NCBI GenBank assembly: GCA_038087875.1
Contig: JAXLNO010005073.1
Coordinates: 248,001-312,000, forward strand
DNA: 64,000 nt
Origin: Malacoraja senta
Lineage: Eukaryota
Direction: 5' to 3'
A model generated the notes under the pieces. That model saw only the letters and a program-made list of their open reading frames with translations, was not told where the DNA came from and ran no database searches. Positions 50,265 to 64,000 of the stretch are shown in pieces (positions within the stretch are counted from its first letter, which is position 1; every line of letters begins with the position of its first letter). Made by a program: the position numbers and the translations under genes.

Positions 50265-50850
50265 CTCTACTTCCTGAGAAGATTACCGAGAGTCGGTTTG
50301 TCAAGGAGGACTCTCTCTAACTTCTACAGGTGCACAGTAGAGAGCATGCTGACCTGTTGCATCGTGGCTTGGTTCAGCAACTTGAGCGCCCTGGAGAGGA
50401 AAACACTACAAAAATTAGTAAACACAGCCCAGTCCATCATCGGCTCTGACCTTCCTTCCATCGAGGGGATCTATCGCAGTCGCTGCCTCAAAAAGGCTGG
50501 CAGCATCATCAAGGACCCACACCATCCTGGCCACACACTCATCTCCCCGCTACCTTCAGGTAGAAGGTACAGGAGCCTGAAGACTGCAACATCCATGTCA
50601 GGAATAGCTACTTCCCCACAGCCATCAGACTATTAAACTTGGCTCGGACAAAACTCTGAACATTAAAAGCTCATTATATGTTATTTGTACTTCATCAGTT
50701 TATTTATTCATGTGTGTATATATTTATATAATGGTATATGGACACACTGATCTGTTTTGTAGTCAATGCCTACTATGTTCTGTGTGCTGAAGCAAAGCAA
50801 GAATGTCATTGTCCTATCAGGGACACATGACAATAAACTCACTTGAACTT
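50265..50850 (+). mobile_element. Rex1/Babar 3' fragment
   Basis: [29 protein letters not shown], same family as 18-20 kb. Confidence 0.88.
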
Positions 50851-52714
50851 GAACTATCCCCTCCCATGTCCCATTCACCCATAAACCTCCCTCTGGCTTC
50901 ATCTTCCACACCTCTCTCCTTCTTATCCAACATGTTTTATCACTTTCACCTCTGGCCTTTGTTACTTTTTCCATCCATCTGCCAATCACCCACCCCCACA
51001 TGCCAGGCTTTGTCCCATCCCCACTTTCCATCTATCTCCCCCTACTCCAGTCTGTAGGTTTCCAACCCAAATGCCATCTGCATATTTCCCCCACAGATGC
51101 TGCCTGACCCTCAGAGTTCCTCCAGCACTTCTGCTCAACATTCCAGCACCCTGAAATACAAGGAACGTGACCACAAAGCAATTAGGAAAAGACATTGTTA
51201 ATCTTTCTCAAAGATTTATCCCCATTGAAACCACGAGAAGGTCTAAACAAGGGCCTTATCTTCATATCATCTCCACAAAGACTAGATTAGATAGACTTGG
51301 TTATAGCAAAATAAAATCACGTTAATGATTGAAATCTCCTGACATCCTTGATCACACCCTCTTTGACAATCAGTACTTGGAACAGCAAGTTGACAAAGCC
51401 CATCTATCACAAACCATAGAAAACTGGGGACATTAGAAGATCTCCAAAGACCTTAGCACATCAACCAGAAACAAGTAGAATAACTGTAGAGGGAGAAACA
51501 GCAGCAGGTGAGAAAATTCTACATTCACCTCAAAATATCAAACACTCGGTGGACAGGGCCTGGAAAAATAACTCTAGGCCCAATGTTTCAAGGTCATTTT
51601 ATCGTCACATGTACCAATTAAGGTTCAGTGAAATTACAATGTGTCTGCAGTAGTGAATCCTACAGGGTAGAAGAATACATTGACTATTATCATAATCAAA
51701 CTGGCACAGCAACATGCCAGCCATATCAAACACAACACTTCACACAAACAGAAAACTCCCTGAATGAGCTGCCCAATGATGTAACTCTTACTATGGGCAT
51801 CAAACGTGACACTCTGTGAAATGTCACGTATCCATGTTCTCCACAGATGCTGCCTGACCCGCTGAGTTACTCCAGAACTCTGTGAAACGGCACCTATCCA
51901 TGTTCTCCACATATGCTGCCTGACCCGCTAAGTTACTCCAACACTCTGTGAAACGGCACCTATCCATGTTCCCCACCTGCCTGACCCGCTGAGTTACTCC
52001 AGCACGTTGTGCCTTCTTTTGTAAATCAGCACCTGCAGTTCCTTGATTTTCATCCCAAATCTTGCTTGGTTTCAGGGTTTTCACTAAATTTGGTATCTGT
52101 CCAATGGGTGCATTACGGGGAAAGGTAAAGGGTCACAGAGCAATAGAGAACCATTTTGCAGTAAAGAACACAATACCTAATTTGTAGACAGCGCTCCCAA
52201 TGTGCAGTGTATTCACATAACAGGTCGCTCCAATTTGTGGTCAACACTCCCACCGTGTGGTGATCCGCCGCATTGCAGGCCCGTCCAATGTGTGGTCAAC
52301 ACTCCCACCGTGTGGTGATCCGCCGCACTGCAGGCCCGTCCAATTTGTGGTCAACACTCCACCGTGTGGATTAAGAAAAAAATGCAGATGCTGGAAAAAT
52401 CGAAGGTTGACAAAAATGCTGGAGTAACTCAGCGGGTGAGGCAGCATTTATGGAGAGAAGGAATAGGTGACGTTTCAGGTCGAGACACTTCTTCAGACTG
52501 AAGTTGGTGGGGTTTGGGAAAAAGAAAGGAAGAGGCAGAGACAGTAGGCTGTGGAGAGCTGGAAGCGAAGGGGAAGGAGGGAGAAAATAAGGACTATCTG
52601 AAATTGGAGAATGGGAAGATGAGGCAGGTGGTGGGATTCCGTTGGAGGTGGCAAAAATCTCAGAGGATTATCTGTTGTATGTGACGGTTGGTAGGGTGGA
52701 AGGTGAGGACAATA

Positions 52715-53450
52715 GACAATAGAAAATAGGTGCAGGAGTAGATGCCATTCGGCCCTTCGAGCCAGAACCGCCATTCAACGTGATCTTGGCTGATCATCCC
52801 CAATCAGAACCCCGTTCCTGCCTTCTCCCCATATCCCCTGACTCCGCTATTTTTAAGAGCCCTATCCAGCTCCTTCTTGAAAGTATCCAGAGAACCTTGC
52901 CTCCACCGCCCTCTGAGGCAGAGAATTCCACAGACTCACAATTCTCTGTGAGAAAAAGTGTTTCCTCGTCTCTGTTCTAAATGGCTTACTCCTTATTCTT
53001 AAACTGTGTGTGGCCCTGGTTCTGGGCTCCCCGAATATTGGGAACACGTTTCCTGCCTCTAGTGTGTCCAACTCCTTAACAAACGTATATGTTTCAATGA
53101 GATCCCCTCTCATTCTCTAAACTCCAGAGTATACAAGCCCAGCCGCTCCATTCTCTCAGCATATGACAGTCCCGCTATCCCAGGAATTAACCTGGTGAAC
53201 CTACGCTGGGCTCCCTCAATAGCAAGAATTTCCTTCCTCAAATTAGGGGACCAAAACTGTACACAATACTCCAGGTGTGGTCTCACTGGGCTCTGTACAA
53301 CTGCAGAAGGACCTCTTTGCTCCTATACTCAACTCCTCTTGTTATAAAGGCCAACATGCCATTGGCTTTCTTCACTGCCTGCTGTACCTGCATGCTTACT
53401 TTCAGTGACTGATGAACAAGGACCCCCAGATCCCGTTGTACTTCCCCATT
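52715..53450 (-). mobile_element. CR1 3' fragment
   Basis: MRGDLIETY..FSQRIVSLWNSLP. Confidence 0.88.
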
Positions 53451-55089
53451 TCACACAAGAGGTTAACAACTAGTTCACGTTAACTTTCCTCAACCAAGTA
53501 CAATGTAGAACCACATTAAATTCCTCGCTGTCTTCTTAATCATAACAATTAGTCATCAACTGAAAACCAGTCTTCATAAAGTGCCCCAATTAAACACACA
53601 ATTGGACATCTATCCAGGAGACAAATTCATTCTTGCCACTGCCTTCATGAAGTAAATGGAACCACACCCAGAAATCAGTCTGAGGCTCCCAACCCAAGAT
53701 CTCACCTATCCATGTTCTCCACAGATGCTGCCTGACCCGCTGAGTTACTCCAGCACTTTGTGTCTTGTTTTGTAAACCAGCACCTGCAGTTCCTTGATTT
53801 TCATCCCAAATCTTCCCTGGTTTCAGGGCTTTTACTAAATTTAGGATCTGTGCAATGGATGCATTACGGGGAAAGGTAAAGGGTCACAGACCAACAAAGA
53901 CCCATTTTGCAGTAAAGAGCACAATATCTAATTTGTAGACAGCGCTCCCAATGTGCAATGAATTCACTAACAGGTCGCTCCAATTTGTGGTCAACACTCC
54001 CACCGTGTGGTGATCCACCGCACTGCAGGCCCGTCAAATTTGTGGTCAACACTCCCACCGTGTGGTGATCCACCGCACTGCAGGCCCGTCCAATTTGTGG
54101 TCAACACTCCCACCGTGTGGATTAAGAGAGAACTGCAGAAGCTGGAAAAATCGAAGGTAGACAAAAATGCTGGAGTAACTCAGCGGGTGAGGCAGCATCT
54201 ATGGAGAGAAGGAATAGGTGACGTTTCAGGTCGAGACCCTTCTTCAGACTGAAGTTGGGGTGGGGGAGCGGGAAAAAGGACGGAAAAGGCAGACAGAAGG
54301 CTGTGGGAGAGCTGGGAAGGGGAAGGAGGGAGAAACCACTGAAATTGGAGGATGGCAAGATGAGGCCAGTGGTGGGATCCCGTTGGAGGTGGCAATAATG
54401 TTGGAGGATTATCTGTTGTATGTGACGGCTGGTAGGGTGGAAGGTGAGGACATGGGGGACTGTGTCCTTGTTACGAGTAGGGGGGGTGGGGAGTAAGAGC
54501 AGAGCTGCGGGATATAGAGAAGACTATGATAAGAGTGCTGGAGAAACTCAGCAGATCAGGCACCATCTCTGGAGGAAAAGGATGGGTGATATTTTGGGTA
54601 AGAACCCTTCTTCTATTCCATCCCAAAATCACTTGTTTCTCCAGAGATGCTGCCTCACCCACTCAGTCACTCCAGCGATGTGTCTATCTTTGGTATAAAC
54701 CAGCATCTACAGGTCTTGGTTTCTACATTTTACATCAGCCAGATTCAATTTCAGTTGTGATAAGGTTAGGGTATCATCACTTTAGTAAAGATACATCCTT
54801 TTATTCTGACACTGTGCCCTCTGGTCCGAGACTCTCCCGCTAGTAGAAACATCATTTTAGTTCGGAGATACAGCACAGAATCAGCACAATTCCAGTTGCA
54901 CCAGAAAAAAATAACCATTAAAAACCCTGGACACTTTAAATGACAACAATTGAAAGGAAAAGTCAGCAGAATTAATCAAAGAAGCAAACACAATTCAGTA
55001 GAGAGCGATAGTGTTCTCACCGACCTCATGCCGTGGAGATGTAGATCCACATCAGACACAAGGGGAGACTCCCTGTATCTACCCTGAGC

Positions 55090-56890
55090 ACTGCTCCCAT
55101 CCACAGCCCAGGACCACTGCTCCCATCCACAGCCCAGGACCACTGCTCCCATCCACAGCCCAGGAACACTGCTCCCATCCACAGCCCAGGACCACTGCTC
55201 CCATCCACAGCCCAGGACCACTGCTCCCATCCACAGCCCAGGACCACTGCTCCCATCCACAGCCCAGGACCACTGCTCCCATCCACGCCCAGGACCACTG
55301 TCCCATCCACAACAGCCCAGGACCACTGCTCCCATCCACAGCCCAGGACCACTGCTCCCATCCACAGCCCAGGACAACTGCTCCCATCCACAGCCCAGGA
55401 CCACTGCTCCCATCCACAGCCCAGGACCACTGCTCCCATCCACAGCCCAGGACCACTGCTCCTCACGACAGCCCAGGACCACTGCTCCCATCCACAGCCC
55501 AGGACCACTGCTCCCATCCACAGCCCAGGACCACTGCTCCCATCCACAGCCCAGGACCATTGCTCCCATCCACAGCCCAGGACCACTGCTCCCATCCACA
55601 GCCAGGACCACTGCTCCCATCCACAGCCCAGGACCACTGCTCCCATCCACAGCCCAGGACCACTGCTCCCATCCACAGCCCAGGACCACTGCTCCCATCC
55701 ACAGCCCAGGACCACTGCTCCCATCCACAGCCCAGGACCACTGCTCCATCCACGGCCCAGGACCACTGTCCCATCCACAACAGCCCAGGACCACTGCTCC
55801 CATCCACAGCCCAGGACCACTGCTCCCATCCACAGCCCAGGACAACTGCTCCCATCCACAGCCCAGGACCACTGCTCCCATCCACAGCCCAGGACCACTG
55901 CTCCCATCCACAGCCCAGGACCACTGCTCCTCACGACAGCCAGGACCACTGCTCCCATCCACAGCCCAGGACCACTGCTCCCATCCACAGCCCAGGACCA
56001 CTGCTCCCACCCACAGCCCAGGACCACTGCTCCCATCCACAGCCCAGGACCACTGCTCCGCATCCACAGCCCAGGACCACTGCTCCCATCCACAACCCAG
56101 GACCACTGCTCCCATCCACAGCCCAGGACCACTGCTCCCATCCACAGCCCAGGACCACTGCTCCCATCCACAGCCCAGGACCACTGCTCCCATCCACAGC
56201 CCAGGACCACTGCTCCCATCCACAGCCCAGGACCACTGCTCCCATCCACAGCCCAGGACCACTGCTCCCATCCACAGCCCAGGACCACTGCTCCCATCCA
56301 CAGCCCAGGACCACTGCTCCCATCCACAACCCAGGACCACACCTCCCATCCACAGCCCAGGACCACTGCTCCCATCCACAGCCCAGGACCACTGCTCCCA
56401 TCCACAGCCCAGGACCACTGCTCCTCACGACAGCCCAGGACCACTGCTTCCATCCACAGCCCAGGACCACACCTCCCATCCACAGCCCAGGACCACTGCT
56501 CCCATCCACAGCCCATGACCACTGCTCCCATCCACAGCCCAGGACCACTGCTCCCATCCACAGCCCATGACCACTGCTCCCATCCACAGCCCAGGACCAC
56601 TGCTCCCATCCACAGCCCAGGACAAGTGCTCCCATCCACAGCCCATGACCACTGCTCCCATCCACAGCCCAGGACCACGGCTCACATCCACAGCCCAGGA
56701 CCACACCTCCCATCCACAGCCCAGGACCACTGCTCCCATCCACAGCCCAGGACCACTGCTCCCATCCACAGCCCAGGACCACTGCTCCCATCCACAGCCC
56801 AGGACCACTGCTCCCATCCACAGCCCAGGACCACTGCTCCCATCCACAGCCCAGGACCACTGCTCCCATCCACAGCCCAGGACAACTGCA
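55090..56890. repeat. Same 26-bp minisatellite, about 70 units
   Basis: Direct reading of the tandem unit. Confidence 0.98.
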
Positions 56891-58089
56891 CTCAGACACT
56901 CCCACAACTCCCCCTTTTATACACAGCAGCTGACAATTTCCTAATCGGCTTCAATCAAGCTGATTACCACATTCACCAATCGCCCACCAGTGCTAATCAA
57001 TGTTTGTTGCACACATCATGATATCCACCTGGGACAGTGTTTGTTTGCAGGACAATAATTGCCCTCCGACTTGTTGCTTTTTACACAAAGTGGCTGCTTG
57101 CATTTCCTTAAGTCAGAGACGACACACAGAAACAGAATTAGGCCATTCGGCCCATCGAGTCTACCCCACCATTCAATCATGGCTGATCTATCTCTCCCTC
57201 CTAACCCCATTCTCCTGCCTTCTCCCCATAACCCCTGACACCCGCACTCATCAACAATCTATCTATCTCTGCCTTAAATATATCCACTGACTTGTGGCCT
57301 CCACCGCCATCTGTGGCAATGAATCCCACAGATTCACCACCCTCTGGCTAAAGAATTTCCTCCTCATCTCCTTCCTAAAGGAAAGTCCTTTAAATCTGAG
57401 GCTGTGCCCTCTGGTCCTAGACTCTCCCACTAGTGGAAACATCCTCTCCACATCCACTCTATCCGCGCCTTTCACTGTTCGGTGACGTTTCAAGCCCCCC
57501 CCCCCCCAATCTTCTAAACTCCAGCAAGTACAGGCCCAGCGCCGACAAACGCTCATCGTACGTTCACCCACTCGTTCCTGGGATCGTTCTTGTAAACGCT
57601 AACTCTTTTGTCTTGCTGATGTTGAGGGATGGATTGTTATCCTGACCATAGGCGCAGGAGTGGGCCATTCGGCCCTTCAGGACAGAAGGTTCTCAATGTC
57701 TTTCCCATATTCTATCTCATCGTTGCTGCTCATGTGGCTGAAATAATGTTCTGACCAGTGGACGGACGTCTGGATCCCACTGGCCTGAGACCCGGCCACA
57801 AGTTGTGGGTGGCAAGGTCATGACCCCGAGGGACATTGGTGTCAAGGGTCACGGTGGAGGGAATGTTCTGACCAATTCTAACGTCTGAGAAGTGAATAGT
57901 GGTGATTTGTTAATTCATCATGGCTGAAGCAGGTGGGCTCACTTCTGACTAGACTTTACTGTGGACATTTAAACAGGAAAAGTAAACTTTCTTTATTAAC
58001 AATGAATGACCCAGAGAAAGGAGAATGTTACTCTTGGAAGTTCATAGAGTAACAGCATGGAAACAGGCCCTTCCTTCGGCCCAACTTGC

Positions 58090-58335
58090 CCACCCCGACC
58101 AACATGCCCCATCTACACTTGTCCCACCCCGACCAGCATGCCCCATCTACACTAGTCCCACCCCGATCAACATGCCCCATCTACACTAGTCCCACCCCGA
58201 CCAACATACCCCATCTACACTAGTCCCACCCCGATCAACATGCCCCATCTACACTAGTCCCACCCCGACCAACATGCCCCATCTACAATAGTCCCACCCC
58301 GACCAACATGCCCCATCTATACTAGTCCCACCTGC
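58090..58335. repeat. 34-bp minisatellite, about 7 units
   Basis: Same unit as 2705-3800. Confidence 0.95.
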
Positions 58336-58551
58336 CCGCGTTTGGCCCATATCCCTCCAAACCTGTCCTATCCAAGTGTCTCTTAAACATTGTGATAGTC
58401 CCAGCCTCAACTACCTCCTCCGGCAGCTCATTCCATACACCCACCACCCTCTGTGTGGAAAAGTTGCCCCTCAGATTGACATTATTAATGTGAACCATTT
58501 GTGCACAACTCTGCTGGTGTGAGTAATAAATGAAATGGTAGATAGCAAAAA

Positions 58552-58845
58552 TACACAGTGGTGCAGCGGTAGAGTTGCTGCCTCACAGCGCCAGAGACCC
58601 GGGTTCCATCCTGAATACGGGAGCTGTCTGTACGCAGTTTGCACGTTCTCCCCGTGACCGGCGTGGGTTTTCTCCGGGTGCTCCGGTTTCCTTCCGCATT
58701 CCAAAGACCTGCTGGTTTGTAGGTTAATTGGCTTCTGTAAAATTGTCCCTAATGTGTGTAGGATGGAGTTAGTGTACGGGGTGATCATTGGTCGGCGATG
58801 ACTCGATGTGCCGAAGGGCCTGTTTCCGTGCAGTATCTCTAAAAT
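58552..58845 (+). mobile_element. HE1/V-SINE-type SINE (duplicate of 4022-4312)
   Basis: Part of the segmental duplication. Confidence 0.85.
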
Positions 58846-60129
58846 CTAAACAATACCCGGTGACTTGGCCTCCACCGCCCTCTGTGGCAATGAATTCCAG
58901 ATTCACCACCCTCTGGCTAAAGAAATTCCTCCTCATCTCCTTTCTAAAGGCATGAGTGGGAAAGGCAGTGAGGGTGAGGGGCCAGACGTGGGCATGTGGG
59001 ACTAACTTCGATAGGCATGGCTGTGTGTTTCTGTGCTGTGGGACTGACGGGGCTCAACAGGGTAGTAGTTTGATGCTTCAGCCTGCAGCAACCCAGGAGA
59101 ACTGTGTTCCAGATGTTTCATTAGTTTGTTGTTCTGCACATCGATCGGGAGACGATGAAATCTCCCGTTCACACGCAGCCGCCAGAGCAAACAGTATACA
59201 TACAGTGATGACAAACGCAATAAATGCAATATCCAGTGCAGAACAGTGCAAGATTGTGTTGCAGAAAGCCCGGGGTTGCACGGACGAGAGGGGCCGAAGG
59301 GCATGTCGCCGGGCAGGGCGACCACCGACGCTGTGGAGTTTGCTCGCTTCCCCCTCCGTGGTGGACCGGATGCGGGTCGGGGCAGGGGAGGCGAGCTCAA
59401 CCTTCCAAGCCTCAATCCAAGCTCAGCCTTCCTCCCGCGCATCCTAGCCCCGACGGGCCGAGTGCCGTCGCCGTCCTCCCCGGACAACAACCGAGGGGAA
59501 AAACACAGACGAAACCTCTTCCAACCACCCGAATCCCTCAGGGAATGTCCCTGTCCTGTCCTGTCTTTGAAATCAAGCCGTCACAATTGTGCACGATCAG
59601 TCAGCATTATCCTTTTTTTAATATATAGACAAAAGCTGATCAAGTTCAAGTTGGTATTTATTGTCACATGGACCAATTATGGTACAGTGATATTTGAGTT
59701 ACCATACAGCCATACTGAGTAAAAAGCAACAAGACACACAGCCACATAAAATAAAATCTAACATAAACATCCACACAGCGGAATCACATTCAATGGCGGT
59801 GATGGCTGGAAGGGCCAAAGTTCTCACCACGGATGGCTGACCTGCTGAGTACTACCGGCAATTTGGAGGGGAATGGACAGGCGACGTGTCGGGTCTGGAC
59901 CCTTCTTTGGACTGATGGAGTCGGGGGAGAAAGCTGGAATAAAGAGATGCGGTTGGGACAGACTCCAGGACTTGATTAGGAGGGGGAAGTTTCCTTAATT
60001 TGAATGTCATTGGGCTGTAAGCTATGAGGTACTGTTCCTCCAGTTTGCTTGTCTACTCACTCTGCCAATGGAGGAGGCCCAGGACAGAAACATCAGTGTG
60101 GGAGTAGGAAGGGGAGTTAAAATGGTTGG

Positions 60130-63100
60130 GAACCGGGAGATCTAGTTCCGACCTTCTCCATAATTATATTGAAACTAATGGTATTGTGATCACTGGACCC
60201 GAAGTGCTCCCCAACACATACCTCCGTCAACTGACCTGTCTCATTTCCTAACAGGAGGTCCAGCACTGCCCCTTCTCTAGTAGGTACCTCTATGTATTGC
60301 TGCAAAAAACTATCCTGCACACATTTTACAAACTCCAAACCATCCAGCCCTTTTACAGAATATGTTTCCCAGTCTATGTGACCCGTTAATCCCTACTCTG
60401 TGTTTCCTGTCTGCCAACCAATTTTCTATCCGTGTCAGCACTCTACCCCAATGCCCTTTGCCCTAAAATTTGCCCACTAATCTCTATGTGGGACCTTATC
60501 AAATGCTTTCTGAAAGTCCAGGTACACTACATCCACTGGCTCTCCTTGTCCATTTTCCTAGTTACAGCCTCAAAAATTCCAGAAGATTAGTCAAGCATGA
60601 TTTCCCCTTCGTAAATCCATGCTGACTTGGACCGATCCTGTTACTGCTATCCAAATGTTCGGCTATCTCATCTTTTATAATTGACTCCAGCATCTTCCCA
60701 CCACCGATGTCAGGCTAACTGGTCTATAATTCCTGTTTTCCTCTCTCCCGCCTTTCTTAAAAAGTGGGATAACATTAGCTACCCTCCAATCCACAGCAAC
60801 TGATCCTGAATCTATGGAACATTGGAAAATGATCACCAATGTGTCCACAATTCTAGAGCCACTTCCTTAAGTACTCTGGGATGCAGACCATCAGGCCCAG
60901 GGGATTTATCATCCCAGGGCTCGAATTAGAGGTTGCCTGGGTGCCACTGACCACTCAAAGCGCCGCCGGGCAACATAAACACCGAGTTATTTGCCCGCTT
61001 GGCAACCAGATACTGGTTTGTACCAAAGATAGACACAAAAACTGGAGTTACTCCGGCGGGTCAGCCAGCATCTCTGGAGAAAAGGAACGCGATGTTTTGT
61101 GTTGGCGGCGGGCCGTGCGGGGCAAAGATACGAGGTGCGGGGTGACGAAGTGTCGGAGCGAATGACGGGCCCCGAACAGCGGCAGCAGCGGTTCCATCTC
61201 CTCCTCCTCCCGTCCCACGCCCGCCCTGATAAGGGGCCGCTGCTTGTAAATCCGCTAACGGCGATAATCGCTTTCAAAACAAACCCTCCCCGCACGCCGA
61301 GGCCGGAGGGAGAGGCCTCGGCGTGTGGAGGGTTTGTTTTGCGCCGTTACCGGATTTACAAGCAGAGGCCCTGATCAGGGTGGGCGGGGTGCGGAAGGAG
61401 GAGATGGGCCCCGAAACAGCGGCCGCTGCTGCCGCTGTTCGGGGCCCGTCATTCGCTCCGACTTGTTTGAAGCAGCTGCACCAAAGATCTTATAGGTATA
61501 GGGTCTCTGAGCTGCACCTTGCTGTTGGCTGGCGGAGGAGGGAGGCGGTGGCGAGGAGTTCCCAACGGCCAAGGCAGCGGGGCGATGTTGTCCGAGGAGC
61601 GCTGACCTTAGTGCCTCCCCACCTCGCCCCCCCTCTCCCTCTCGCTTGTACGCCCCCTCCACCCCGTTATCCTGGGACCCCTCTACTCCATCCCGCACTG
61701 ATCCCCATTCCCTCCTCTATTCAGTCCTCACTGACATCCCCTGTGCTCCCTCCACATCTACCCCCCCCCCCCCATCTATTCATCCTGCGCTGATCACCCT
61801 ATCCACCTGGCATTGATTCTCCTGCCACACCCCCCCCCATCCATACTACACTGGTTCCCCAATTCACCCTGTACTTACCCCTTTCCCATCCATCCTGCAC
61901 TTCACCTCCATCCATCCTGTACTGATCTGCCATCCATCCTGTACTAATCCACGCATTCATCCCGTACTGACCCACCCTCCATTTACCCTGCACCTTCCCC
62001 CTTCCCCTCATTCATCCTGTAGTGATCACCCATTCATCCTGCTCACCCTCCGATCCACACTGTACTGACCCCCCCATTCATTCCTACGCTGATCTCCCCC
62101 CATTCATCCTGCGCTGATCTCCCCCCCCCCCCATCCATCCTGTACTGATCCTCCCATTCAAGAATGGGGGGAAGTCTGAAAGAAGGGTCTCGACCTGAAA
62201 CGTTAGCCTATTTCCTTCGCTCCATAGATGCTGCCTCACCCGCTGAGTTTCTCCAGCACTTTTGTCTACCCCCATCCATCCGTACTGAACCCCTCCATTC
62301 AACACCACTGACATCCCCGGTGCTCTCCCCTCACAATTTTACCACTCCAACCAACACGTACTAATTCACCTGCCTCAATCCATCCATTCTGCACCAACTG
62401 CCTTCTAACCCTCCCCCCCCCACCTATCCACCCCGCACTGATTCCACACACACACCCCTCCTGACCCTATTGTGCTGGAATGTCTTCAGAGCGAACATTG
62501 ACTATGTTTGATAACGGATGCAATCAAATGTGTTTTAATTCCAATGTTATTATTTGTTTTAATCCATAAAGATGGATTAATTAAATTGTGAACACGTGAA
62601 CATTACAACCGCAGTGTTCGATTGTCACTGCTACTGTTACAGAATTCTTTTTAACGGCAAAATCAATGCTCTTAATATGGAGTATCAGTACTGTAGTTAT
62701 TTAATGAGCAACATTCATAACTATACGTACGCATTTATGTCACCATGGTCCAGGATTTATTGACTCAGGTTGGTCATACGATGAATAATCCAACCACATT
62801 TTTGTTTGGAAGTGAAAGAACTAATAGTAATTTGCATTAATTGCAATGTGTAAAAAGAGTTGAGATACTGTCTTATAATTTTGCTGCATGTCATTGTGGG
62901 ATATATCATGTCTTGATTGGTGAATATGTTTAGTTTGTGACTTTATTTGAAGCAGAAATAATATGTGAATGCTTCATTGAGTATAATTCCGACTGGTAAC
63001 TACGCACTTCGTCTGAGCACATTATCGCACGCGTCATGCAAGCCATCTTAAATGACCACCTAAACTGTCTTTTGGCAACCTAAAAAGCTGCCAAGGTTGC

Positions 63101-63400
63101 CCGGCTGGCAACAGGAAAAAAAGTTAAGCGAGAGCCGTGCATCCTTCAGTCCCATCAGTCTATCCAACACCATTTCCTGCCTAATGTGGGATTTCCTTCA
63201 GTTCCTCCGTCACCCCAGATCCTCTGGCCACTAGTACATCAGGAAGATTGTTTGTGTCCTCCTTAGTGAAGATGGATCAAAGTACCTGTTCAACTCATCT
63301 GCCATTTCCTTGTTTCCCCATAATAAATTCACCTTTTTCAGTCTTCAAGAGTCCAACTTTGGTCTTAACTAATGTTTTCCTCTTCACATACGTAAAGAAG
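60130..63400 (-). mobile_element. CR1 fragments (60130-60914 and 63140-63400) split by a DNA transposon
   Basis: ggggatttatcatcc | catccttcagtcc rejoins into CR1 sequence as at 5811. Confidence 0.85.
60915..63139. mobile_element. Non-autonomous DNA transposon with 5-bp TSD (hAT5-like)
   Basis: Termini CAGGGCTC / GAGCCGTG, subterminal GGTTGCC/GGCAAC motifs, TSD CATCC. Confidence 0.75.
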
Positions 63401-64000
63401 GAACAGCAGGATGCCGGTTTACAAAGAGAGACACAATCTCCTGGAGTAACTTGCACATCTGGAGAGCATGGACAGGCAACATTCTAGGTCAGGCCCTTCT
63501 TCAGACTGCTTGGTGTGGGGGGTGGAGAAAGTTGGAAAGGAGAGGAGGGAGTGGTCGCCTTAGATTCCCTTCCCTCTACAGATGCAGCCTGACCTACTGA
63601 GTTCCTCCACTGCTTTAGAGGGAAATGACAGACGACGTTTTGAGTCAGGACCCTTCTTCAGGCTGAGTGGAGAGGGTAGGGGGAGGAAGCTGGAAAGAGA
63701 AATGGGGGCTGGACAAAGCCTGGCAAGTGACAGGTGGACACAAAATGCTGGAGTAACTCAGCGGGACAGGCAGCATCTCTAGAGAGAAGGAATGGGTGAT
63801 GTTTCAGGTTGAGACCCTTCTTCAGAAGTGATAGGTTGATATAGGTGAGGGAGACACAAGATATTGCAGATGCTGGAATCTTGCATAGAACACAATTTAG
63901 TTAGATGCACAGAATCTCTTGGCCAGAGTGGGGGATCGAGACCAGAGACATGGATTCAAGGTGAAGGGGAAAAATATTTAAAAGGAAAACTGAGGGGTAA

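Larger units (their letters stand above)
54851..59212 (+). repeat. Segmental duplication, copy 2
   Basis: Matches 1-4682; diverges after tacagtgatgac. Confidence 0.95.

Noticed and set aside
51628-51819. Tyrosine-rich ORF as an ITAM-bearing tail exon
   Set aside because: No YxxL/I-x6-8-YxxL spacing; starts in a repeat fragment and lies 17 kb from the TM exon among decayed retroelement-like sequence.

Overview
Vertebrate genomic DNA. The repeat landscape (CR1, Rex1/Babar and L1 LINEs, HE1/V-SINE-type SINEs) suggests a cartilaginous fish such as a skate or ray; this is an inference. The only host gene I can support is a multi-exon + strand type I membrane receptor (16144-34550+): leader exon, eight phase-1 Ig exons arranged as two copies of a V(Cys-less)-C2-V-C2(WxC) cassette, then a TM exon. 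This is a doubled CD4/LAG-3/G6F-like architecture. Exon D5 is frameshifted as assembled and the cytoplasmic exon(s) are unresolved. Positions 1-4682 recur at 54851-59212 (about 96% identical by eye), suggesting a ~54.85-kb tandem unit that carries one such gene. Upstream lie an orphan leader exon, a triplicated promoter-region module and an inverted ETS/RUNX block. Downstream is a deleted BEL/Pao LTR element carrying a tRNA-Asp copy followed by CCA, with its 3' LTR split by a CR1. The long ORFs at both window ends are minisatellite artefacts.
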